From the human T2T-CHM13v2.0 reference genome, Homo sapiens, in assembly GCF_009914755.1 (NCBI RefSeq), contig NC_060926.1: 64,000 nt of DNA; one strand, 5' to 3'. Every line of letters starts with the position of its first letter. Within the stretch, counting starts at the first letter, position 1. Below the pieces are notes generated by a model. It worked only from the letters and a program-made list of their open reading frames with translations, searched no databases and was not told the DNA's origin. A program made the translations under genes and the position numbers. Of the stretch, positions 24,683-39,590 are shown piece by piece.

Positions 24683-25754
24683 TCAACATATGCAAATCAG
24701 TAAACATAATCCATCACATAAACAGAATGACAAAAAACACATTATTATCTCAATAGATGCAAAAGTTCTCTGATAAAATTCAAAACCCCTTTATGCTAAA
24801 AACACTCAATAAACTAGGTATTGATGGAACATATCTCAAAATAATAAGACCTATTTATGACAAACCCACAGCCAATATCATACTGAATGGACAAAAGCTG
24901 GAAGCATTCCCTTTGAAAACCGGCACAAGACAAGGATGCCCTCTCTCACCACTCCTATTCAACATAGTATTGGAATTTCTGGCCAGGGCAATCAGGCAAA
25001 AGAAAATAAAGAGTATTCAAATAGGAAGAGAGGAAGGCAAATGATCTCTGTTTGCAGATGACATGGTTGTATATTTAAAAAACCCCATTGTCTCAGCCCA
25101 AAATCTCCTTAAGCTGATAAAAAACTTCATCAAAGTCTCAGGATACAAAATCAATGTGCAAAAATCACAAGCATTCCTATACAACAATAACAGACAAACA
25201 GAGAGCCAAATCATGAATGAACTCCCATTCACAATTGCTTCAAAGAGAATAAAATACCTAGGAATCCAACTTACAAGCGATGTGAAGGACCTCTTCAAGG
25301 AGAACTACAAACCACTGCTCAATGAAATAAAAGAGGACACAAACAAATGGAAAAACATTCTGTGCTCATGGACAGGAAGCATCAATATTGTGAAAATGGC
25401 CATACTGCCCAAAGCAATTTATAGATTCAATGTTATTCCCATCAAGCTACCATTGACTTTCTTCACAGAATTAGTAAAAACTACTTTAAATTTTATATGG
25501 AATCAAAAAACAGCCCGTATAGCCAGGACAATCCTAAGCAGAACAAAGCTGGAAGCAAGCATCACGCTACCTGACTTCAAATTATACTACAAGGCTACAG
25601 TAACCAAAACAGTAAGGTACTGCTACCAAAACAGATATATAGACCAATGGAACAGAACAGAGGCCTCAGAAATAACACCACACATCAACAACCATCTGAT
25701 CTTTGACAAACCTGACAAAAGCAATGGGGAAACGATTCCCTATTTAATAAATAA

Positions 25755-25937
<183 letters not shown>

Positions 25938-27547
25938 TAAAACACCAAAAGCAATTGCAGCAAAAGCCAAAATTGATGAATGGGATCTAATTAAACTAAA
26001 GAGCTTCTGCATAGCAAAAGGAAACAACATCACAGTAAACAGGCAACCTACAGAATGGGAGAAAAATTTTGCAATCTATCAGTCTGACAAAGGGCTAATA
26101 TCCAGAAGCTATAAGGAACTTAAACAAATTTACAGAAAAAAACAACAACCCCATCATAAAGTGGGTGAATGATATGAACAGATGCTTTTCAAAAGAAGAC
26201 ATTTATGCAGCCAACAAACATGAAAAAAAGCTCATCATCACCGGTCATTAGTGAAATGCAAATTAAAACCACAATGAGATACCATCTCACACCAGTTAGA
26301 ATGGTGATGCTTAAAAAGTCAGCAAACAGCAGATACTGGAGAGGATGTGGAGAAATAGGAACACTTTTACGATGTTGGTGAGAGTGTAAATTAGTTCAAC
26401 CATTGTAGAAGACAGTGTATTCCTCAAGGATCTAGAACTAGAAATACCATTTGACACAGCAATCCGATTACTTGTTATATACCCAAAGGATTATACATCA
26501 TTCTACTATAAAGACACATGCACACGTATGTTTATTGCCGCACTGTTCACAATAGCAAAGACTTGGAAGCAACCCAAATGCCCATCAATGTTAGAATGGA
26601 TAAAGAAAATGTGGCATATATACACCACAGAATAGTATGCAGCCATAAAAAAGAATGAGTTCGTGTCCTTTGCAGGAACATGGATGAAGCTGGAAACCAT
26701 CATTCTCAGCAAACTAACACAGGAATAGAAAACCAAATACCACATGTTTTCACCCATAAGTGGGAGTTAAACAATGAGAACATATGGGCACAGGGAGGGG
26801 AACATCACACACCACAGCTAGTCAGCAGAGTAGGGGACAAGGGGAGGGACAGCACTGGGAGAAATACCTAATGTAGATGATGGGTTAATGGGTGCAGCAA
26901 ACCACCATGGAACATGTATACCTATGTAACAAACCTGCACATTCTGCACATGTATCCCAGTACTTGAAGTAAATAAATATAATAAAAAATAGATAATAAA
27001 TTTAAAAATAAAAATAAAAACATTAAACCTAAAAAAGTTAAAAAGTTGAAATTCAACATTATCTGTTTCTCTCTTGCTCTCTATACACATATTATTTAAA
27101 TTTTTCCACAATATGTATTATATTAACCATATAATATATAATAAAATATGTATTAATATATTGATATATTACTTTCACAATAAACCTAACAGTAATTAAA
27201 AAAAGAGAACTGAGTAAGTGTGGGCCATCATGTGCTTTAGTAGGATGATGCATGCTGTACAGAACTTTATCTTCCTCAATTTAATCTGTAAATAAATTAT
27301 GATTCTGATACAATTACTAATGGGATTTTATTTTAACGAACAAGTATAGCCTATGATTTATATGGAGGAATAAGTAAGAATAAACAAGGAAATATTTTAA
27401 AATATACCAATGAACAGATCTTTTCTTTCTAAGATATCAGCCATAGCAACAATCTTGAAAAGGTATTATTTGCTTTTTGTGTAAAAATGAGTAAGTTGAT
27501 CAAATGGCATATAGAGAAACAGACCCATGTATATACTGGAATATATT

Positions 27548-27923
27548 TGTATTAGTTCATTCTCACACTGCTATAAAGAACTACCTGAGACTGGGTAATA
27601 TAAAGAAAAGAGGCTTAATCACCTCATGGTTCTGCAGGCTGTACAGGCTTCTGCTTCTGGGAGAACTCAGGAAACTTACAATTATGGTGCAAGGTGAGGC
27701 AGGCGTGTTTTAAATGACCGGAGCAAGCGGAAGAGAGTAAAGAGGAAGGTGCTACAAACTTTTAAACAACCAGATCTCATGAGAACTCGCTCACTATAAT
27801 GAGAACAGCAAAGGGAAAATCCATCCCCATGATCCAATCACCTCCCACCAGGCCCCTCCTCCAACACTGGGGTTTACACTTCAACATAAGATTTGAGTGG
27901 GGACACATATCCAAATCATATCA
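27548..27923 (-). mobile_element. MSTA-like MaLR solo LTR
   Basis: TGTATTAGTTCATTCTCACACTGCTATAAAGAACTACCTGAGACTGGG...CCAAATCATATCA; perfect 5-bp TSD ATATT. Confidence 0.92.
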
Positions 27924-30629
27924 ATATTATATTTTAAAATGACATTTCAAATCATAACAAATCATGACACTGCAAATTATGGACTATTCAAAAATAGTAT
28001 TTGTCAAGTTGGCTATTTTTTAAGCCAAATAAAGTTAGGTTCCTACTTCGCCTCATACTTTAAAATCCCAAATAAATAACTAACTAGAAATACAAACTCC
28101 AAATATTTGCAATTGTTAAGAAATGAGAAGCAGTCTAGTCCTGCACCCATGTATGGTCATATCTGTGCCACTAGCTAATGTGGAAAACCTGAAAGAGCTG
28201 TTAAAAGAGCCTGTCACAGACCACTACACAGTGTGGCCCAAGTTATGTAAAATGTAACTACATAAGCATACCTGCCTATGCCACTTAAAGGAGTCATACT
28301 ACATTGTTGTTGACAGAGCTTACTTCTGGTAAATGGAATTTCATTAAAGGAGAGAATGAAAACAGAGCAACAGAAATTAGAAAGGTTTTCCCATGCTTTG
28401 ATGTGTTAGAAGTTTCTTTTCTAACAAATGTAATATATTCCTCAAATAATTTGGTAGTGTGCATACTATAAACTTAAAATTATTCTATTTTTTTCTTTCA
28501 CAGCTTTTATAGTGACATAACTCTTTTGAAAACGTTCTTTGGTCAGTTGATTAACACGGAATGGATTTCGTGCTCTTTTATCTTGCCAGTTGATGCTGTC
28601 ACAGTAAAATTTAAAACAAAACTTCAAACAAATTTATCATTAAAATATTTTATTATCTATTTACTTCAGTAGCAAAAAAATGTCTAAATATTCACTACCT
28701 GGTCTATTACAAACAATTGAGTCACAGAAAATAACACGGTGTAAATGTTAAGAATTCTGTTTATATTATGAAAGTGAAAACAGAACTTATTTCTACCAAT
28801 CTAAAATTATCTTACAAAATATTTATTTAGGAATAAAACATTCAATCTCATGCCAGTTATGTACCAAAGGTTTCAAAATGCATGTAGCTTGAATTGGCAG
28901 GAGTCTCATTAAAGACCACCAGCAAGAAAGCTAAATAAAATAAAAACTTTAAATAGTTTTTATTTAAAAAGCAGTTTAACTCTTTATAGAAAATTCTCAA
29001 AGAATGTCAAAAGAAGATTCCATGCATAATTACAGTAAACTTCTGTCCTAGCTCACCACCATTTTCCCCCAAATTGTCCTTTATCTTTCTCAACCTTGTA
29101 TCTTTCTATTCTCTTTTTCTAAAAGAGAAATCCTGAAAAATCTTCTTCCAACTCACTCTGTGTAGGGTGCATGTGGTTTCAGCCTATCATTCCTATTGGC
29201 CTTCTGCTAAGAACTCTTACTCTTTTCTAAGTGAAGTAATTCTGAGATCTCTTGCTTCTCCACTCATCAGCCAGGATAAGTTTCTTAAAACAGAGATCAG
29301 ATTATATCACTCCTTTACCAGAAACCCTCCATATGTTTTTGACCCTCTGACTTCCTAAAATTCTTCCCCTGTCACTTAGCTCCCATATGAAAATATAAAA
29401 AATGTGATCTTAAAAATTCATAAATATAACAATTATTTTTGTTAAGAAAAATAGCATTAGCTTGGGGATCAACAGTTCTAGTTTCAATCATTTCACAAGA
29501 TGCAATGAATTAAAATGACCTGACCAATAAGTGATGGTCAAAAATTCAAACTTTTTAACCTATTGCTGACCATGAAAATATTCTATTTTATTTTCAGTCT
29601 GATAAGAGTATTGGCTGGTGAAAACAAAAATTATTATAGCTCTAATAAAATATTAAACAAATCCAAATCAAATAAAGGAGTACAATCAGCCAATTGTGCC
29701 ACTACTATTAAAAATTCTAGTATAAGTATGATAATATATATTTTCTCTGTATGTTTATGCTTTATTTTGTGTGTGTGACATGTTTAAATAAATCAGTCAT
29801 ATAAATAAAGAATTGTCATTTAAATTGAGATGTATTGAATTAAGTTTGTAACCAATATTTAATCTTCTAAGAAAAATTAAATTTCTAAGTCTTCCTTATT
29901 AGCTGTACTTAGCTTACTGTATAATAAGAAAACTTACAACTTATTTATTAGGTTAGCCTTAATAAATCGAATGTGAAACAAAACTTAAGAATTAATGAGT
30001 GTTAAGCACCAAGTTTTATGCAAATATTTCTACTGTTTCCATGAACTATTTATTTTTTTCAGGCCTGAAACAAGAGACCATGGAAGGCTGGAACAAAACA
30101 AAATCAAGTAATGAAGAATGTGCTGTACCAAGACCATTGCTCCTTTCTGATCATTCTGATTTATCACTGAATCAGTCCAGATAATACTGGATATAATTAA
30201 ACCTTAGTAGTAAACAAATTTTAAACATAAACTAGACTCCTTACTTCAAATAATTCAATCATGAAACAGTACATAGAATGGATTAGAAGGATAATTGATT
30301 GAGGTTGATAACTGAACAATGCAGTTCATCCCAAATACTTTTTAAAATGAATGGGTATACATTAAAATAAGATTGGCTATGTGTTGGAGGTGGTAGTAAA
30401 GAGAGCAATCAAAATAGACTGCAAGATTTTTAGACAGAGACTTGAGATAACTATATTCCCCATGGTAGAGTTTCTACAAGTGTTCCTTAGATTCTAAAGA
30501 ACTTAGGCTAGATAGGATCATGGCAGTGAGTAGAACTGTAGTTTAGACAACAAAGGTCTCTTTAAACTCTAAGATCCTAATACTATGTTTATGTGTGACA
30601 GTGTCTTTTATCTCCATAAAATATATCTG

Positions 30630-31119
30630 TGTTACTGAAATGCCATGGGTTCAGTCTAGGTCCTGCTGCTTGCCACACAAAAAACCAATCACTGAGACAA
30701 TGAGTATTGCCAGGGAAGAAGGCTTTAATGGGGTGCTGCAGCTGAGGAGATGGAAGTCCCAAATCCCTCCCTCACTGACTAACATTAGGAGTTTATATAG
30801 CAGGGAAGAAATGTAAGTATGTGCAGGAAAACAGGATTAGGGAGGAGCAAGGAAGAGGAGTTGTACAGCAGGAAGTAGTTGGTTGCTTAGGCAATCATGA
30901 TGGGTGAGTGTTCTGACCTCTAATTGTCCAGATGCAGTGATCTGGTAAGTTTCATTTCCTTGATAATATCTGAGAGGCCTGATAGTTGGTTTCCTGAGAA
31001 AGCAACACAGGTAAGACAAATGTAACTTTCTCATGTTTCAAGACTCAGAAGGCCAATTCCTACATTTACTCAAAATAAACCATAAACATCAGTTCTATGG
31101 GACAATTGGGTTAGTTTCA
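30630..31119 (-). mobile_element. ERV1 solo LTR (LTR26/LTR54-like; subfamily uncertain)
   Basis: TGTTACTGAAATGCCATGGGTTCAGTCTAGGTCCTGCTG...CTATGGGACAATTGGGTTAGTTTCA; TG...CA ends; flanks TCTG/TTTG. Confidence 0.8.
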
Positions 31120-31479
31120 TTTGCAGTCACCATTTGTACATTTTTTTTTACTTCAGCTTCCTCCTTCCTTCCTAACATTTACTGTTTTTTCATATGTATC
31201 TCATAATTCAAACAAATTATATTTTAGTGTACTTCTCTTTGTATATGTCTATCTTCACTATTCACTTACTTTTAATATTGTGATTCTAGGCATCTTGTCC
31301 TATTCACCACTGTACCTCTAATTTTACCCAGGACACTACATAATTTATCCTTATCTATACATTTGAAAGATTGGCATGCTGTTTGAATAATCAGTATTCT
31401 TATTTGTCAAGTCATTTTTCCTTCACTTAGAAAGTTTTACTTTACTTTTCTCCAACTTTCAGCCAAACAGGGATAAAGC

Positions 31480-31511
<32 letters not shown>

Positions 31512-34500
31512 TATACTAAATTCAGCTTATTTTATTTTGATCTGTTTAAATGTGCTCATTAGAAAAGTATTCTATTACTAATAGTAAGCCATTAGTAAGA
31601 GTATATTCTGGGAATATTCTCAGAATAATTTAAAGCTTATGGGGTCAACTTTAGGAACCAAGTATTTAAAAAAATATATTGATACTGGAATAATCTTGAA
31701 ACAGTTCAATTTGATGATGTAATATATCCTTTGGACCCTTCACATTTTAAAATTAAAATTGAAAAATAATTGAATTTAAAGAAAAAGTAATTCAAACCAC
31801 TAGCCAGCCAATTTTTCACAAACAAAAATACAATCTTGTCATTTTGGCAACTTCTCTATGAGTGGTAGAGACTTCCTGAATTTCATTTATGTCACAAAAT
31901 GTTCTTATAATATTTTTCCACACAACCTGCCTTCCATAGAGGCCTCCAGTTATGAGATACAACACAGCGATATGATGTAATGGAAAGAGCAGTGAGCCTG
32001 TGCACCCTGGAGCAACAAGTTTGTCATTAACTAACTGGAGACTAGATCTCCATTATTTTATCTGTGACAAGATTAGAACTGAATACATAGGAATATTATT
32101 TATAATAAATATTTTAATAAAATTTGATTTCTGTAATCAGAATAGGCAAGATGATATGATGCTCTTACTGAGGTAAGTAGAATCTATTTCAGGATTAACA
32201 CTTTGACGCACTATAAAATGTTTCTGCATTAAAATTAAGTTATATGAATTCTCAATCAATGAAGAACAATGTTTTGATCAGAGAGAAGGGAGTACATGGT
32301 TTATTTTGTATATTTTGAGTAAAAACTATGAGATTTAAGTTAGATTTTCTTTAGGTCATTGTGACATTTAGATAGGCTTTTTATAAAATAAATAAGGAAA
32401 TTCAAAGCAGTAATTCTTACTTGGGAGCAATATTTTGATCAACACTAATTTGTTACTTTCCATTCAAATTTCTTATAATGGACCTATCTGCATGGTAGTG
32501 CCATTTAACTTGCCACATGTAAATTGTCATATTTGAGATAATAGTGCTGGAATTTCTTAAAATCCTTTAAAGAGATGTTACAAGTTTATGCCAATGAATT
32601 ATGGATTTTACTGGGTAGGAGACCAAACTCAAAAGTCCTAAATATACAGGCTTTTCAGAATACTATAAACAAATACTTTTGTAATTCTTTTATAAATAAA
32701 AATATTTATTAACACTTAAAATGAGTGAGTATGAGCCCAAAAAGATCCCAAAACCAAAAAGAACAATCCTCTTCTTATAGATATCATTCATCAATTACAT
32801 AAAAATGTGAGGTTTCCATACATTACAAAACATACACTCTGTCCATACGTTACAGAACAATACCCCACAGGGAGTAGGTCACAGTTTTTTTCATTATCAA
32901 AATGAAGGATTGTACTACATTAATGACCACCATTTTTTTGGCTCTACATTTATGCTCTTCAAAGGTTAAAATTTTTTAAAATAACAGAAACAATTTTTGG
33001 GTAATGTTGATAACTATTATATTATACTTTTATGCTTTAAAATTCATATAGACTATTTTGCATATTCTTAACCTAAGCCATAAATCTGTCAGTGTAACAT
33101 TTCTCTCACAAATATTGATAATAAAAAGACCTAGCTAACATGTTAGAGTGGTAATCAAATGCCATCCAAAGAATTGAAGTTATTTTCCTTGATCCCTTTC
33201 CTAGTACTTTTATAAACACTAGCCAAAAGGAAATAAAATTTATTTTTGAATATTAGGGATAAAGTTTATTTGGTTAGAAGATAAAGTACATTGATAGTCA
33301 TAGTTGATCACCTAGTATTTGATATGCATATAGGGTTATAGGGCCAATTCTCTTGGCGTAGCTACAGTCATTGACCTTAGACACATAATGTGACTTATGG
33401 GAATTACATCATGTATCTTCCCTATCAGTCTACTTCACTGTCATTCTTACCATAACTTCTCTATATACCAGCTCAGTTTTTCCATGCAGGCGATAGAAAC
33501 AGTTTTTGTTATTTTAAGTAGAAGGAATTCTCCTGAAAGGTATGAGGGGATGGTGGTGGGGACAGATCACACAATAGATGTGAAGTTTGAACTGGCTAGA
33601 AGAATGGGAAGGATCTGAGGGAATCTTCAGTGGGCTATGCAGCAGGAAACTGAGAAACAATCACACAGCCAAGAGTCAGCCTGGATGCCTGGCCTTCCCT
33701 GCCACAGTGATGACCTGTGACACTTTCAACATTGACTGAACCAGCAGCTGGGAAGGAAAAGATATAGCCTTCTCAGCTGTGACATGGGGGCATACGACTC
33801 CTTGAAGACATACAGGAAGAGATTAGGAATAAAATTAAATGAGAGACTTCCATAAAACAACTAAAATCCATTGTACCTACTTTCTATTTCCAGATATGGT
33901 ATAAATTCCAAAATTTAGGTCAATGGTTTAACCACATTGAATTTGAAGATATAAAGTGTTTTTCATCATCTGAATGGCCTAATTTAGGTCTTCTGTTCAG
34001 AACTAATCGCAAAATGAGAAAGCACTTTGCAATATATTCCTAGCAATACATGAACTTAAGAAACTATTTTATTATGAAAAACTTGCCAATAAAATAAACA
34101 TTTATACACTTATAAACCTGGGGATATTTAAAAGCCAATTTCTCTCCAGATAAAACACTTATTACTTGAGAAGGAAAAACTGAATGGAGCCCAGTTGTCT
34201 TAATTGGCACTAGTATGTGCTGTCTTGGTAACAGCGAGTAACACAGAATAAAGTGCCAAAAGGATAATATATAGGGCAGGTAAATTTGGAGAAGCTAGGA
34301 AAAGCATTAGTCTATGTCCACAGAAATTTGTCTTAATCGGGGTATCACAGAAAGAAAATGAGAAAACAAAATAAGAAGAGTGTGTATATGAGTAAAGAGC
34401 CACCACACTTTTGTGACTGGCTGGCCTAGAATCAAGACATCTACTTTCTCTAATTTGGCAATGTTGTTCACAGTATATTTGGACTGCTCTCTACTAAAAA

Positions 34501-35811
34501 ATGTAATAAGCTTTTGAAGTTCAAAACGGATTTCTGGAGAAAATTCTATGTCTGTATTTCTGGATCCATCACCTCGAATCTTATTTTCTTTCTTAGTTAA
34601 TTGAAATAGGTAGCTTTCTCATGGAACCTCTAATGTCTTCTTAACACGTAACAAAACTACCTTTAGGGATTTAAGGCAAGGTTTGAGAGCTCCCTTCTAT
34701 GTCCTCTCTAATAATGAGGTATTAGATGTGAGAGTTTCTTTGTTTGTTACCCCATATGTTTATAGTTCAAATACTCTCAGAGAATGTTTAAGAGTAGAAT
34801 TTTCTGCCTTAAATGTGGTACCTCTTTGTCTTTGAGAGTTTTATTCCTTTTTTCAATCAGAAGAAGCTACAGTCCTTAGCTCCTTCTTGAAGAGTACGAC
34901 CATTATTTAGGCAGGCTTAGCGCCCTTTCAGGAACTTGAAAGACTTAATCCCACGCTCAGATTGTTCAGGAGCTACTCTACTTTTTAAAATTTTTCCTGA
35001 ATTACCTCTAATTAGGCAATGGGAACACATAAATCAATTAGTTCTCATGTCAGTGACATGAAAAAGGGTCACTGCACTCATTCTAACTATGGGAGTACAG
35101 ACCACACTTAGTCCAAGCAAAATACTCCCTAAATTTCACTGATGTAAAGAATTCTAGAGGCTGACATCTAAGAAAGTCACTTTTTCTGAACTGACCCATT
35201 GACCCAATGATAAAGTTTCAAAATCAGCTTTAATTGTTTGTAAACAGGATAAAAATGTTAATTTTCTGATTAAAGGGAAATGAAACCAATTAAGAAATAT
35301 GAAAACCTAGCCATTGTGTCACTTTGGGAAAATCTTTAAATTTACACAAGATTATTTTCAGTAAGTTATGAACCTATGTCTCTAAATCACAATAATGTTG
35401 GAGTTTAAAAAAATGTAATTTACTACAATTGTTCATTATTCTGATTTCATATATCTAATTATTGACTTTTCATTAAAATATGGCTTTTTAGAAAATATTT
35501 ATCAAGAGCTTTGTTATTTATTAACAAATATTTTAATATTGCTGCTGTTTTAAGAGACAAAGAGCATTAGACATATATATGGATAACAACATGTTCCTTG
35601 GGAATAAACTGATTATATTTAAATTTAACGTATTCATATTTCAATATTATTTTTGAACCCAAATGATTGATATGACAGTTTAAGTCACTAATTTTGTTTT
35701 AAAACATAGGTTTGGTTGGTTGCTTTGTTCATTTTTAAGAGCCAAACTGCTGTCTATGGGGGTCTGATGAAATAAAATGCCTTACCCAGAATTGATCATC
35801 AAAGATGATTC

Positions 35812-36510
35812 AGATCCAGCTATCTCACCTCTGGGCATTCATCCAAAGGAAATGAAATGAGTATATTAAAGACACATTTGCACTCTCATGTTTATTGCAG
35901 TGCTATTCACAATAGCCAAGATACTGAATCAATCTAGGTGTTCAACAACATGTAAATTGATAAAGAAAATGTGTATATATATATACACACACACAAATAT
36001 ACGTGTGTGTATATATATATTCTCACGCACAAATATACATGTGTGTGTATATATATATTCTCACACACACACATACACAATTCAGCCATAAAAAAATGAA
36101 GTCCCATCATGTGGCAACATGAATGGAACTGGAGGACATTATGTTAAGTGAAATAAGCTACGCACAGAAAGGTAACCACCACATATTCTTATTCATATGT
36201 GGAAGCTAAAAAAATTGATCTCATAGATATAAAAAATATAACAGAAGATACTAGAGGCTGAAAAGGGTAGGGGGAAGGTAGGGATAGGGAGATATTTGCT
36301 AAAGGCTACAAAATTACAGCTAGATAGGGGGAATAATTTCAAGTGTTTATAGCACTGTAGGATGACTATAGTTAACAATAATACAGTTAGAATGGATGTT
36401 CCTAACACAAAGATAAATCTTCAAGATGATGGATATGCTAATTAACTATGTACCCCACAAATATATACAATTATTCTATGTCAAATAAAAAAGGAAAGAA
36501 ATGAAATAAA
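35812..36510 (+). mobile_element. L1MA-like 3' end
   Basis: GATCCAGCTATCTCACCTCTGGG...ATGTTTATTGCAGTGCTATTCACAATAGCCAAG...ACAAAATTACAGCTAGATAGG...; internal AT/AC repeat expansion. Confidence 0.88.
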
Positions 36511-36639
36511 ATATAGCATGCCTTTCAAATTTCCGTATGTAGTAGTTTATACTGGCATTGCTTAAGCATTATGAAGAACATTCGTACTATAGGAAGTTTA
36601 GAAAAATGTGAAAAAAGGTGTTTCTTTCTCAGCTATGTC

Positions 36640-37041
36640 TTGTGCAGTATTGCAAATTCTCTTGGTCTCACTTCTTACTCCAGTGACTACTTATGAATAG
36701 GCTTCAACCAGTTTCTTTCAACTGGACTCAGACAGTACCTTTCCATAACCCTTAGCTCATATAATGGACTGCTTACCTCCTAACACCAGACTTTGCCAAT
36801 GCCAGCAATACAGAATAGTCAATATCTATAGAGACACATTGGACAAGGGACAACTGGAATTCCCAGTAAATAGTTAAGAGCTGCTTTTATAAGCCTCCTC
36901 ATAATGTCTTGTAATTGAACATGTATCTTCTGTAATACCTTTGTATTTACTTTCCTTTTTCCCTGGTCCTACTCTCTATACCCTTAAGCATTCTTTTGCC
37001 CAAGGCTCCATTTTCAGAGACATATAGGCTCACTTAGTTAC
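36640..37041 (+). mobile_element. Putative ERVL LTR upstream of the internal region
   Basis: About 400 bp ending CAAGGCTCCATTTTCAGAGACATATAGGCTCACTTAGTTACA, directly before the ERVL leader; highly degenerate. Confidence 0.4.
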
Positions 37042-37049
37042 ACTAGTTG

Positions 37050-39590
37050 AAATGATGCCAAAAAATTGAATCCCAAGATGGGATTTTGGAGCTAGATTAT
37101 TCATAGGTCATTAGGCAATGGGGATTCCATTTCTGGTGTTAAGTGGAGTGGTGGTAACCCCTGACATGGAGTAGCATTAAAATGATTAAGATTCACACTT
37201 ATGGTGAGATAAGATGCTCATGGACTATGAAGTGGCAGGGTATATAGAACCTTTGGCATGCTCCATATGAAGATAATGATAATTTTAAAATGTTGTACTG
37301 TTTTACAATTTCAGGGAAAAAAAATGATAGGTGCAGATCAGCCAGTATCAACTCAAGGAACATTGTGAAAGCTAAAGTTTCTATGGTGATAGTGATCTTT
37401 AGGGAGACTCCTATGTCCTGCAGTCACGGGTCAGACTATGCTGAAAATCAGGCCAAGGATCTAAGTATGAGGGAGGGGCAGTTATAAAAGCTATAGTATT
37501 AATTCTCTTTAACAGGTTTCCAATTTTAAAAGCAATGTCTTTAAGACCCTGAAATCTGTGGTGGGTACATTTAGTAGACAATCTTGAGACACTCAATACT
37601 GCATAAGTCACTGAACCACAGACTTTCTGGCTTGTCAGATGCAGCTTCTTACCCTATGGAGTGAGGAGGATTAGTCTCTCCTTGTTTAGAGACATTGCAC
37701 ACACCTCACCTGAAGCAGATTTCTCACAAGTTGCTGTTTATTCTCCTCAATATCTGCCTCTCCACATCATGTATTGTCTCTATATAATTAAACAAGATCA
37801 GCATCAGCACAAACAGCAGCTGTGTGCATTCTTGCTCAGAAGGAAATAGCAAACACCCCAAAGAAGCTGTAAGACCTGCCTACTGTGCTACTGACAAGAG
37901 CTAAAGGACATATATTTGACCAGAAAAGGAAGAATGTGACAAAATAATTTAATAACTTGAAAACAATCACCCGTGATTCAGGGTTCAATGACCTGGCAGG
38001 GACACCTGGAACAGATTATAGTACCATGCTGAGATAATCTCTTTGAAGTTCATACAAAATGATAGCCTACAGTAAATGAGGTGAAGTTTTTTTTGAGAAC
38101 TGCCATAATAGAAAAATGAGGAAGAAGTCAGAAGTTCAAAAAGGTGGAAATGTTATACTGGATTTATTAAGTAAAACCAAAGGCCCTCTCACCTCACCAT
38201 CTACTGTTTTTTCCTTAGGAGCTCCTATAGAATGCTCCATTGTAAGTCAATAAGTAAATCAGTAATACATTTGTGGTGTTGAGAGAGGGGTGGGGGGTGT
38301 AGAGGCATCTTTGTGAAATTTAGTAGTGGATTTCTGTGCAGGTTGGTGTGAGCAGATAGAACTGGATGTCCTTTTTATGGAACTCTGGAATGTTAGAGGC
38401 CAGTTGGCAGTACTTAACTATCAGAGGCAAGGTACTTGTAATTACTGTAATGGGCAGCAAGATCAGAGTAGCAATCAGGGTGCTCTGACCCTCAGGGATC
38501 TGTGGGGATGATTGAAAGAGCATTATGTTCCAACACAGCTGATTGGATGTTATATAACTTGCAAAATAAGAAAAAAAATATGGTCTGGCAAGCAGAAGAC
38601 TGATGTCAGACACCCAAGTGGAAAATCACAGTTTTTTACTCAGGGTCCAGATATAAGTGACTGCATAGATCCAATATCCATTGATTGGAGGAAAATCTCA
38701 GTCCCCTTGAGGAAGGACACAATTTTACACTCTTCGTATATCAGATAAACATCCCTCTATTCTTTCCCTAAAAAGATCTATGACCATTTACCATTTACGA
38801 AGAAAAGGACAATAACCAGACTTTTGGAGGGCTGTTGGATACAGCATCTAAACAGACACTAGTAACAGGAAATCCAAAATGCTATCTTGGAACCTCAGTT
38901 CAATGTGGTGAAGGGAGCCAGTTAATAAATTATGTTCTGATCCAAGATCATCTTACTCTAAATACAATGCATCCTCAGATTTACCCAGTTATCATTTCCC
39001 TTGCCTCTGAATTCAAACATCATAGCAGCTGGCAGAAGCTTCTTTCGCATTTGTTCTCCGGCTTGTGGAGTCAAAGCTACTGAGGTAGAAAAGGCTAAAA
39101 CAAAAGCCCCTAAAACTGGCCTACCACTGATGAAGACCAATATAATTAATATGAAGTAACACTGTATTCCAGGTGGAATGGAATCAATTAGTGCCATCCC
39201 CAAAATTGTAATGAATGCAGGAGTACAGGTGCCAATCATATCCCTGTTTGATTCCTGTTGGCCTCTGCGACATTCAAAAGATGGATGAATAATGTCATAT
39301 TTCTACAATTTAACATAATGGTAGCCTCAAGTTCAGTTGCCACACCAGTTGTGATATCTACTAAGAGAGATCAACACAGTTGCAGTGCTTAGTATAGAGC
39401 TACTAATGTGAAGAGTTCATGTATCACAATCACCATCAATTAGAAATATTAAAAGTAGTGCGCTTCATAGGAAAGACAGAAGTATACATGAAGTATGACT
39501 GAGACAAATCTTCTCTGGTACAATGTATTATACAGAGATGCAATCATTTTGATATTCTGCACAAGTCACACTAGTCCTCCATATGTTTAT
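37050..39590 (+). mobile_element. ERVL internal region (ERV3-16A3/HERVL-like) gag-pro-pol relic
   Basis: Leader AAGATGGGATTTTGGAGCTAGAT; gag C-terminus RGQLAVLNYQRQGTCNYCNGQQ...LTLRDLW (38395-38510); protease LLDTASKQTLVTGNPK...YPVIIS (38832-39000); RT N-terminus HCIPGG (~39160). Confidence 0.85.

Noticed and set aside
28938-28965. 11-bp perfect inverted repeat AAATAAAAACT/AGTTTTTATTT
   Set aside because: Low-complexity AT stem, expected by chance in such AT-rich DNA; no TSD or miRNA-like extension.
35766-36512. ATGAAATAAAAT on both sides of the L1MA as a TSD
   Set aside because: The left copy lies ~35 bp before the L1 homology starts and the word is low-complexity.
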